From Deltaproteobacteria bacterium (GTDB taxonomy: Bacteria; Desulfobacterota; Desulfomonilia; UBA1062), in assembly GCA_035352355.1 (NCBI GenBank), contig DAOPXM010000019.1:537-64536 (forward strand): 64,000 bases of DNA, written 5' to 3'. Under the pieces are notes generated by a model that worked only from the letters and a program-made list of their open reading frames with translations, made no database searches and had not been told where the DNA came from. Numbering within the stretch: the stretch's first letter is position 1; every line of letters begins with the position of its first letter. Made by a program: the position numbers and the translations under genes. Positions 1 to 7,359 of the stretch are shown one piece after another.

Positions 1-258
1 CGGGTCGATGGAGAAGCGGTGCTCGAAGAAGGTTCCGCCGCAGAAGTACTGGTGATAAGGATTTTCCACTCATCCCTCGATCACTGCCTCGTCACTCAAG
101 GAGTACGTGTACTTCAAGTAGTGGAGTCTCACCATCAACCGGATGGGAAGGCCAGGCCTGCCGTTGTCTTCGCAGAACGTCGGCCCGAGTTTCTCCTCGA
201 ACACCTCCCACCCCCCTCCTCCGCACGGAGGGTCACTACCCTTCCTCAGAAAGCCCAA
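1..258 (-). pseudogene. IS5-family (DUF772-type N-terminal region) transposase fragment, disrupted; runs off the left window edge
   Basis: Minus-strand translation ...WEVFEEKLGPTFCEDNGRPGLPIRLMVRLHYLKYTYSLSDEAVIEG*VENPYHQYFCGGTFFEHRFSIDP resembles the conserved N-terminal block of IS5-like DDE transposases. An in-frame TGA (70-72) sits where the family normally has Trp (TGG). No ATG start; same-frame stop upstream at 283-285. Confidence 0.6.
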
Positions 259-381
259 GATCTCATGGATTTCCGCTGCAGCTTATCCCCGTGAAAACGG
301 GGACGGGAATGACAAATGGGATGCGGTAATGACAGGAAGCAGGCAGAGGTTGCTTTCGTTCCTGATGAAGCACCTGGAGGT

Positions 382-1143
382 TCAGACGATCTCTTCCAGG
401 CTCGACACCACGATGTCCATGTGCTGCGAGAGCTCCGAGACGTGGACGATCCCTGATACACCCACGGTGAGCTTCACGCCGGCGTTCCTGCCCAGCATTG
501 CGTCCATGGCCGTGTCGCCGATGAGCACCGCCTGCCCGGAAGGCACCCCCAGGCTCCTGCAGATGAGCTCGACCATGTCGGGGGAGGGTTTTGCGTTTTC
601 CACGCTGTCCGCCCCCACCACGAGGTCGAGGTAGGGGGCTGCGCCGATGAGCTCCATGTCGATCATGGCGTCCCTGTGCTTATCGTTCGTGGCCACGGCC
701 GTGGGGATGCCCCGGCCCTTCAGTTCCTTGAGCAGGTCAATGGCGCCGCGTGCAGGGGTGATGTGCTTCCTGCGCGCCTCCTCGCCGAACGCCTTCCTGC
801 CCACGTCCTCGACGATGACCTGGGCCTTGTCCCATCTGAGACCTTCGCGGTACAGGGAGTAGGTGAGCAGGGCGTTGCATTCGGTGAAGGTACCCATGGC
901 CAGTGCGCCGTTGCCGTCGATGGTGCTCCTGTCCACGTCGAGTCCCAGGGCGCGCTCGACCCTGCGTTTCAGCGAGGAGGGGTCGGGGGCGTACGCGCAC
1001 AGGTCCACGATGAGGTCCCCGATGATCCCCACCCAGGTCCGCTCGAAGTCGAGCAGGGTCCCGTCCTTGTCGAAGATGACGAGGCCTACGTCATATGACT
1101 TTCCAAGAACCGTGATGACCGGCACGTTTGCGCTCCTGTCCAC
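382..1143 (-). CDS. HAD-superfamily hydrolase (phosphatase-like, subfamily IA)
   Basis: 253 aa. Motif I VIFDKDGTLLD, motif III/IV region KPSPDMV...LIGDTAMD. Confidence 0.85.
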   Translation of the reverse strand: MDRSANVPVITVLGKSYDVGLVIFDKDGTLLDFERTWVGIIGDLIVDLCAYAPDPSSLKRRVERALGLDVDRSTIDGNGALAMGTFTECNALLTYSLYREGLRWDKAQVIVEDVGRKAFGEEARRKHITPARGAIDLLKELKGRGIPTAVATNDKHRDAMIDMELIGAAPYLDLVVGADSVENAKPSPDMVELICRSLGVPSGQAVLIGDTAMDAMLGRNAGVKLTVGVSGIVHVSELSQHMDIVVSSLEEIV

Positions 1144-1279
1144 CCTGTGCTGATGTGCGAGGATTGATTACCACAAACCGCCCGGGTATTCTAATCTTTT
1201 CTGGACAGGTACATGGATGAGGCCTAAGCGGCCTGAAGGTCTTCTCCAGAGGGGAGGGCCCTCGCAGGGGGCGAAGGGC

Positions 1280-1450
1280 TCAGGCGCGGATCAATGCCCT
1301 GCCGTACCCGATCAGCCTGACGAGGCCCTTGAGGACCTGGGGCACGAGCGGCACCGGTTTAGCCGTGCGCTCGGTGATGAGGTCGAGGAGACGGGGAAGG
1401 GAGCTGTCCTTCCCGTCAACGCAGCTCAAGCTCGATATGAGGGTGTTCAT
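1280..1450 (-). CDS. Candidate 56-aa small ORF immediately downstream of flgM (below the ORF-track cutoff)
   Basis: Hand translation MNTLISSLSCVDGKDSSLPRLLDLITERTAKPVPLVPQVLKGLVRLIGYGRALIRA*. GC3-rich codons like neighbouring genes. ATG lies 17 nt after the flgM stop. Weak RBS, no recognisable family. Confidence 0.25.
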   Translation of the reverse strand: MNTLISSLSCVDGKDSSLPRLLDLITERTAKPVPLVPQVLKGLVRLIGYGRALIRA

Positions 1451-1466
1451 GTCGTGCCCGCCCGCG

Positions 1467-1778
1467 TCAGATTTTGGAGCTGATGTTCGGGCTCAGGAGC
1501 TTGTCCGCTATGACTCCGTAGTCCGGCTTGTAGGTGCCGGTAGCGATTCTCTGCTCGATATCGTTGACCTTGTCGAGCCGGATGTCCGGTGCGTCGATGG
1601 CGGCTTCTCTGATGTCCTGGTACATTTTCACCTTGGATGATATGTTGATCTTGTCCTGGATGGGGACAGCGCCCGTGTGCTTCTCACCCGACTCCGACGA
1701 CCGCTGCGGCCGTTCGGCCGCTGCGGCCCCATATGCCTTGAGGGCCTCTACGTTGTTGTTGCCGTTATTGATTTTCAT
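1467..1778 (-). CDS. flgM: Anti-sigma-28 factor FlgM
   Basis: 103 aa. C-terminal DIRLDKVNDIEQRIATGTYKPDYGVIADKLL matches the FlgM sigma28-binding region; disordered Ala/Ser-rich N-terminus. Confidence 0.8.
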   Translation of the reverse strand: MKINNGNNNVEALKAYGAAAAERPQRSSESGEKHTGAVPIQDKINISSKVKMYQDIREAAIDAPDIRLDKVNDIEQRIATGTYKPDYGVIADKLLSPNISSKI

Positions 1779-1983
1779 CTCTGAGGGCTCCGCTTAATCC
1801 TTTTTTCAGGCTATGCTCCATGAGCTCACCGAAAAGCCTCTTGCTGGCCTGTGGAGATATGGAGGCCGCGTCTCGTGAGAGTTCCTTGTCCACGGTGCCG
1901 ACCTGCGCCTGCACGTGCTTCGGGGAACCGTGCTTCTCGTAGTTTTTCATGATGAGATTCACGAAAACGCTTTTAACTTCCAT
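1765..1983 (-). CDS. Hypothetical 72-aa protein, first gene of the flgM transcription unit
   Basis: Strong RBS (AAGGAGAAGGT before the ATG). Its stop overlaps the flgM start by 14 nt. No family recognised. Confidence 0.5.
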   Translation of the reverse strand: MEVKSVFVNLIMKNYEKHGSPKHVQAQVGTVDKELSRDAASISPQASKRLFGELMEHSLKKGLSGALRDENQ

Positions 1984-2020
1984 ACCTTCTCCTTGGCTGG
2001 ACTCTTTCTTTACACTAACC

Positions 2021-2047
2021 CTATCGGTATGTCCCTAATAATCTTTA
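2021..2047 (-). promoter_or_regulatory. Candidate sigma28 (FliA) promoter for the 72-aa ORF/flgM unit
   Basis: Minus strand reads TAAA-N15-ACCGATAG against consensus TAAA-N15-GCCGATAA (6/8 in the -10 box), about 35 nt upstream of the ATG at 1983. Confidence 0.45.
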
Positions 2048-2231
2048 GCCTATTTTCAGGCCCTCCTTTGCTGCAGCGTCCCAAGGACAGACCCTCCTTC
2101 TCGTACTGTTATTTTCGATGAGTGGATCTCCCTTCCAGGGTTCTTCGATTCTGGCTGAGTCAGACCACACCGGGAAAAAAATTCCCACCGGGCTCCCATG
2201 GAAAACCGCTTCCGGAGCCCTTCTTACAGCC

Positions 2232-2247
2232 TGGCATCGGGCTTGCT
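2232..2247 (+). promoter_or_regulatory. Candidate sigma54 (RpoN) promoter for the flgF operon
   Basis: TGGCAT-CGGGC-TTGCT against consensus TGGCAC-N5-TTGCW, with correct GG/GC spacing, 27 nt upstream of the flgF ATG and just upstream of its RBS. Confidence 0.6.
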
Positions 2248-2273
2248 TTGGAGAAGGGCTGAAAGGAGAGCGT

Positions 2274-3011
2274 ATGGATCAGGGCATGTATACAGCAGCG
2301 GCAGGCGCCATTGCCATGGAGGAGAGGCTCAGCATTATCGCCAACAACCTCGCCAACGTCAACACCGTCGGGTTCAAGAAGGACGCCGTGTCGTACCAGG
2401 ATTTCCAGAAGGCGCTCGACGCCTCGATGCTGTACCCCGGACAGTTCCAGACCAAACCCGTAGACGTGGTCATCGGCGGGCAGTACATCGACGCCACCCA
2501 GGGCGGGATCAGGGAGACGGGAAATCCCCTTGACGCAGCCATCGTGGGCGAGGGCTTCTTCGCGGTGAGCACACCTGACGGCATACGCTACACCCGGGCC
2601 GGAGACTTCACCCTCTCCACTGAGGGCCTCCTCGTGACCCAGCAGGGCTACCCGGTCCAGGGAGAGGGGGGCGACATAACCATCGGAAACGGGAAGGTGG
2701 CCATCGACCCCCATGGCACGATCACAGTGGACGGGACCGTGGTGGACCGGCTCCAGGTGGTCACCATCCAGGAAGCAGGGCTCGAGCGCCAGGGCAACTC
2801 ACTGTACGCCCCACGGCAGGGATTCGCCACCGAGCCGGTGGAAAGCCCCGAGGTCCGCCAGGGCTTCATCGAGTCGTCCAACGTCGACCCTGTCATAGAG
2901 ATGGTGGGTCTCATCTCCACCCAGCGGGCGTATGAAGCTTTCCAGAGGGTCATCAGGTCGGTCAACGACACCTACACGCAGTCCATGCAGAGCGTGGGCT
3001 CCACCGTATAA
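2274..3011 (+). CDS. flgF: Flagellar basal-body rod protein FlgF
   Basis: N-terminal MDQGMYTAAAGAIAMEERLSIIANNLANVNTVGFKK rod motif; C-terminal STQRAYEAFQRVI. Start moved from track position 2118 to ATG 2274 (RBS GAAAGGAG; the sigma54 box lies inside the longer ORF). Confidence 0.85.
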   Translation: MDQGMYTAAAGAIAMEERLSIIANNLANVNTVGFKKDAVSYQDFQKALDASMLYPGQFQTKPVDVVIGGQYIDATQGGIRETGNPLDAAIVGEGFFAVSTPDGIRYTRAGDFTLSTEGLLVTQQGYPVQGEGGDITIGNGKVAIDPHGTITVDGTVVDRLQVVTIQEAGLERQGNSLYAPRQGFATEPVESPEVRQGFIESSNVDPVIEMVGLISTQRAYEAFQRVIRSVNDTYTQSMQSVGSTV

Positions 3012-3036
3012 TGAATAAGGTACAAGGAGGAAGACT

Positions 3037-3819
3037 ATGATCAGGGCCATGTGGACAGCGGCAACGGGCATGAGCGCCCAGCAGATGCTCATCGACACCA
3101 TGGCGAACAACCTCGCGAACGTCAATACCACGGGCTTCAAGAAGAGCAGGGCGAATTTCGAGGACCTCTTCTATCAGACCTACAAGGAGCAGGGGGCCAC
3201 CACGGCAGCGGGCGGCACCGTGCCTGTGGGGATCCAGGTGGGCATGGGGACTCGCCCCACATCCGTGCAGAAGATCTTCTCCCAGGGCGACTACGTGGAG
3301 ACGAAGAACGACCTCGATCTGGCCATCGAGGGCGACGGGTTCTTCCAGGTCATGACGGAGAACGGCGAGATCTATACCCGTGACGGCAACTTCAAGCGCG
3401 ACCGGGACGGCTATATCGTGAACGCCAGGGGTGAGCGCCTGCAGCCCGACTTCGCCATCCCGGCAGACACCGCCACCATCGCCATCGACAAGAGCGGTAA
3501 CATCACCTGCCTGACTTCCGGGGGCGATACCCTCGCCACAGGCCAGATCCCTGTCTACACCTTTGCCAACCCAGCGGGCCTGTCGGCCATCGGCATGAAT
3601 GCCTGCGTGGCCACCGAGGCTTCCGGTGACGCCATCCAGGGGGTCGCGGGCGTTGACAATGTCGGGACCATAGCCCAGGGCTACCTCGAGATGTCCAACG
3701 TGGATGCCATCGAGGAGATGATCCAGATGATCGTGGGGCAGCGGGCCTACGAGATGAACTCCAAGACCATCCACACGGCCGACTCCATGCTCCAGACCGT
3801 GAGCGGTCTCGCTAGATAG
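3037..3819 (+). CDS. flgG: Flagellar distal rod protein FlgG
   Basis: 260 aa. MIRAMWTAATGMSAQQMLIDTMANNLANVNTTGFKKSR; C-terminal GYLEMSNVDAIEEMIQMIVGQRAYEMNSK. Confidence 0.95.
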   Translation: MIRAMWTAATGMSAQQMLIDTMANNLANVNTTGFKKSRANFEDLFYQTYKEQGATTAAGGTVPVGIQVGMGTRPTSVQKIFSQGDYVETKNDLDLAIEGDGFFQVMTENGEIYTRDGNFKRDRDGYIVNARGERLQPDFAIPADTATIAIDKSGNITCLTSGGDTLATGQIPVYTFANPAGLSAIGMNACVATEASGDAIQGVAGVDNVGTIAQGYLEMSNVDAIEEMIQMIVGQRAYEMNSKTIHTADSMLQTVSGLAR

Positions 3820-3828
3820 GGAGCCCGG

Positions 3829-4776
3829 ATGAGACGCGCAGCCTCCATCGTTTTCGTCCTCCTGTTCGCATGCTCCGCAGCGGCGGGTGCAGACGCGGAC
3901 ATCGTGAGCCTGTACGAGAAGGCCTCGGTGTCCGGGGAATACGTGTACTTGAGCGATATCGCCGCGGTACAGGGGCCGCACGCCTCGGAGCTCAAAGGGC
4001 TTGCCCTCGTGAGGGCCCCGAAGAGCGCGTCCGGCCTTACGCTCTCGGCGCAGTCCGTGGCCTCGAAGGTGAGCGAAAAGCTTGCCGGCATGCCCGTGAC
4101 CATGGCGGGAGCCCCGCGAGTCACCGTGAGCCCGCTGGTGGCAAGGGTCTCCGGTGCGGAGCTCGAGGCGCTGTTCCGTGCCGCCGTTCTGGAACGCAGC
4201 CCCTTCAAGGGCAGGGGCACCATCGAGATCAGCGACATCCGGGCACCATTGCACGTGACCGTGCCGGAGAAGGACAAGGGTCTCCTCCAGGCAAAATTTT
4301 CCCCTGGCGAAGATTTTCTCGGCCTGGTCACGGCAACATTTTCCGCCGGAGGGAGCTCCTCCGACGTGGCCCGCGTCTCCGGACGGGTCAAGGTGACGGC
4401 CCCGGTCCCGGTGGTCAGGAACCCCATTCCCCGGGGCGCCGTCATCTCCGAAGGGGACATCGTCATCCAGCCCTTAGACATCTCCTCCTCTCCCCTCATC
4501 GTGGGGGACAAGGCCGAATGCCTGGGAAAGCGCGCCAAGACGGCGCTCCAGGCAGGCAAACCCTTTCTGAGGTCGAACATCGAGCAGCCCCCGCTGGTCT
4601 CCCGGGGCGACATCATCGCCATTCAGGCCCGCTCCGAGGAGCTGGTGGTCGTAGACCGAGGGGTGGCGCTCAGGGACGGCCACCTGGGAGAGCGGATCCC
4701 CATCCGGAACGTAGGCTCGGGAAAACAGATAGTTGGCACCATAATTGCTCATTCTCTGGCAGAGGTTACGTTCTAG
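3829..4776 (+). CDS. flgA: Flagellar P-ring assembly chaperone FlgA
   Basis: Signal peptide. SAF-like and FlgA C-terminal region VSRGDIIAIQARSEELVVVDRGVALRDGHLGERIPIRNVGSGKQIVGTI. Sits between flgG and flgH. Confidence 0.8.
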   Translation: MRRAASIVFVLLFACSAAAGADADIVSLYEKASVSGEYVYLSDIAAVQGPHASELKGLALVRAPKSASGLTLSAQSVASKVSEKLAGMPVTMAGAPRVTVSPLVARVSGAELEALFRAAVLERSPFKGRGTIEISDIRAPLHVTVPEKDKGLLQAKFSPGEDFLGLVTATFSAGGSSSDVARVSGRVKVTAPVPVVRNPIPRGAVISEGDIVIQPLDISSSPLIVGDKAECLGKRAKTALQAGKPFLRSNIEQPPLVSRGDIIAIQARSEELVVVDRGVALRDGHLGERIPIRNVGSGKQIVGTIIAHSLAEVTF

Positions 4777-4785
4777 GAGGAAAGC

Positions 4786-5481
4786 ATGAGGCTGCATCAG
4801 GTCGTTATTTTTAGTGTTTGTCTGGCTCTCCTGGCAGGCTGCTCTGCCATGAGGACACCGCCGGGGCTTACGGAAGACGAGTTCGCCATCCCCGTGGACG
4901 AGCCCACCGAGAAGGTCGCCGCCCCCGGCTCCCTCTGGTCGCCGGACGCCAGATTCGTGGACATGTACAGCGACGTCAGGGCGAAGAGGGTGGGCGACAT
5001 CCTGATGGTTCAGATCGTGGAGAGCTCCTCAGCGGATAAGTCGGCCAAGACAGAGTCCTCCAGGACGCACACCGCTGACAACTCCGTCACCAGCATGCTC
5101 GGGCTCCCCCTGAACCAGTCTTCGGTGCTCGGCTACAAGCTCTCCCCTGAGCTCAACCTTTCCACCAATACGGAGTTCGAGGCCGACGGGAAGACCTCCC
5201 GGGACGGCACGATCTCGGCAACGGTGTCCGCCCGCGTCGAGCGCGTCCTCCCGTCGGGCAACCTGGTGATCAAGGGCAAGAAGCAGACGAGGGTGAACAG
5301 CGAAGTCCAGTACATCGTCCTTTCCGGCATCGTGCGCCCCGAAGACGTAAGCCCGTCCAACACCATCCGGTCCAACTACATCGCCGACATGCAGCTTGAC
5401 TACTACGGCACCGGCATCATCGGCGATCAGCAGAGCAAGGGCTTCATCGCCAGGGCCCTGGACAAGATCTGGCCCTTCTGA
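4786..5481 (+). CDS. flgH: Flagellar L-ring lipoprotein FlgH
   Basis: Lipobox LLAGC; 231 aa; FlgH-type C-terminus YYGTGIIGDQQSKGFIARALDKIWPF. Confidence 0.9.
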   Translation: MRLHQVVIFSVCLALLAGCSAMRTPPGLTEDEFAIPVDEPTEKVAAPGSLWSPDARFVDMYSDVRAKRVGDILMVQIVESSSADKSAKTESSRTHTADNSVTSMLGLPLNQSSVLGYKLSPELNLSTNTEFEADGKTSRDGTISATVSARVERVLPSGNLVIKGKKQTRVNSEVQYIVLSGIVRPEDVSPSNTIRSNYIADMQLDYYGTGIIGDQQSKGFIARALDKIWPF

Positions 5482-5489
5482 GGTGTGAG

Positions 5490-6578
5490 ATGAAGAGACT
5501 GATGGTATTGATCGTTCTCCTCGTCCTGGCATCGAGCGACGCCATGGCCGTGCGGGTGAAGGACCTGGTGCAGATCCAGGGCGTCAGGGAAAACCGTCTG
5601 GCCGGCTACGGGCTCGTGGTGGGCCTGAACGGCACGGGCGACAAGGGCGGCTCGCAGTTCACGGTCCGCTCCCTGTACAACATGCTGAGGAACCTGGGCA
5701 TCACGGTGGACCCGAATGCGCTCAAGGTCAAGAACGTGGCCGCGGTCATGATCACCGCCAACCTTCCTCCCTTTGCCAAGAGCACCCAGAAGCTCGACTG
5801 CACCATCTCCTCGGTGGGCGACGCCACGTCGCTGGCGGGCGGTACTCTCGTCCTGGCCCCGCTGTACGGCCCGGACGGCAAGGTCTACGCCATGGCCCAG
5901 GGCCCGGTGTCCGTGGGCGGTTTCGCCGTGGAGGGCGAGTCCGGGTCGGGCGTCACGAAGAACTTCCCCACCGTGGGCAGGGTCCCGGGCGGGGCCGTGG
6001 TGGAGCGCTCCATGGACCTCGAGCTGGGCGGGCAGATGACCCTGGTCATGAACAATCCGGACTTCACCACGGTGCACAGGACGGTGGAGTCCATCAACAA
6101 CCGGATGGGTGCGCGGGTCGCCACCGCAAAGGACCTCTCTACCATCCAGGTGGACGTGCCGGAAAGCTACCGGAACAGGATCGTTGATTTCGTGGCGCTG
6201 GTCGAAGCCGTGGACGTCAGGCCCGACAGCAAGGCAAAGGTCATCGTCAACGAGCGGACCGGGACCGTGGTCATGGGCAGCGATGTCAAAATATCGACAG
6301 TTGCCATCGCCCACGGCAACCTCAACATCAGGATCTCCGAGGATCCCCAGGTATCCCAGCCCCTGCCCAAATCGAAGGGCGTGACCGCGATCACCCCCCA
6401 GACCGGGGTGTCGGTGGAAGAGGGCAACAGGAAGCTCGTGAGGCTGCCTGCCGGCGCCACCATCGGCGGCCTGGTGTCAGCCCTGAACGCCATCGGCGTA
6501 TCGCCCAGGGACCTGGTGGTCATCCTCCAGTGCATCAAGCAGACAGGCGCCCTCTACGCGGAGCTGGAGGTCATATGA
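5490..6578 (+). CDS. flgI: Flagellar P-ring protein FlgI
   Basis: Signal peptide then VRVKDLVQIQGVRENRLAGYGLVVGLNGTGD; 362 aa; C-terminal LQCIKQTGALYAELEVI. Confidence 0.95.
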   Translation: MKRLMVLIVLLVLASSDAMAVRVKDLVQIQGVRENRLAGYGLVVGLNGTGDKGGSQFTVRSLYNMLRNLGITVDPNALKVKNVAAVMITANLPPFAKSTQKLDCTISSVGDATSLAGGTLVLAPLYGPDGKVYAMAQGPVSVGGFAVEGESGSGVTKNFPTVGRVPGGAVVERSMDLELGGQMTLVMNNPDFTTVHRTVESINNRMGARVATAKDLSTIQVDVPESYRNRIVDFVALVEAVDVRPDSKAKVIVNERTGTVVMGSDVKISTVAIAHGNLNIRISEDPQVSQPLPKSKGVTAITPQTGVSVEEGNRKLVRLPAGATIGGLVSALNAIGVSPRDLVVILQCIKQTGALYAELEVI

Positions 6579-6886
6579 TCGGCAGGATAGGCGAGCTCTA
6601 CCACCTCAAGGGGACGAACCCGGCAAAGGCGCTCGATACGGCCTGCAGGGAATTCGAGTCCATCTTCGCCTACCAGCTCATGAAGGTGATGGGGAACTCG
6701 GTGCCCGAGGGCGGTCTGTTCGAGAAAGGGCTGGCTTCGGACCTCTACAGGGACATGCTCTTCCAGAACGTGGGGCAGGCCCTGGCGGACTCCGGGGCGC
6801 TGGGCATCGGCAGGATGCTTAAAAGTCATGTGGAACACTACCAGGCGGCCCAGGCGAATTCAGGCTCAGTCAGGCTCGACCGATAA
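6575..6886 (+). CDS. flgJ: Rod-binding protein, single-domain FlgJ (no muramidase domain)
   Basis: Rod-binding motif ACREFESIFAYQLMKVMGNS...GALGIGRML. ATG 6575 overlaps the flgI stop (ATGA). Only 103 aa. Confidence 0.75.
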   Translation: MIGRIGELYHLKGTNPAKALDTACREFESIFAYQLMKVMGNSVPEGGLFEKGLASDLYRDMLFQNVGQALADSGALGIGRMLKSHVEHYQAAQANSGSVRLDR

Positions 6887-6914
6887 GGATGACAAGGGAA
6901 TAAGGAGGCTCCAG

Positions 6915-7358
6915 ATGGGAAGCAAGTCAGGCGATGCGATGTACATGGAGATGATCCAGAGGCTCGAGAAGGAAAAAGAGCTGGTGGTCAGGCTTACGGA
7001 GCTCCTCCGGGACGAGGTGACCTTCATAACCAGCCAGAATGTCGAGGCGCTGGAGGATTCCATGCCCGAGAAGCACAAGGTCCTGCAGGACATCGCTCGG
7101 AACAGGCAGGGCCGCGAGATGATCGCCAGAGGGCCTTTCCCTCCGGCCGCATCCCGGGTGAGGGATCTCCAGAACGACCTTATCGGGCTGTGGAAGCGGG
7201 CATCAAACCTGAACGACCTGTCGAAGACCATGGTGACCAGCAGGCTTTCCGAGATCGAGCGGGAGCTGGAGCCGTTCATCGCCGGCGCGAAGACCGGCTA
7301 CAACAAAGAGGGAAAGAAATCCGGGACCGTCACCCGGAGAGTGAACACAGGGGTGTAG
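6915..7358 (+). CDS. flgN: FlgN-like flagellar export chaperone
   Basis: 147 aa, helical, LEKEKELVVRLTELLRDEVTFITSQNVEALED pattern. Immediately precedes flgK. AGGAGG RBS before ATG 6915. Confidence 0.55.
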   Translation: MGSKSGDAMYMEMIQRLEKEKELVVRLTELLRDEVTFITSQNVEALEDSMPEKHKVLQDIARNRQGREMIARGPFPPAASRVRDLQNDLIGLWKRASNLNDLSKTMVTSRLSEIERELEPFIAGAKTGYNKEGKKSGTVTRRVNTGV

Positions 7359-7359
7359 T

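Noticed and set aside
2118-2273. 52-codon N-terminal extension of flgF in the ORF track
   Set aside because: The extension has no rod-protein similarity. It contains the sigma54 promoter box, and the conserved FlgF N-terminus begins at ATG 2274 behind a good RBS.
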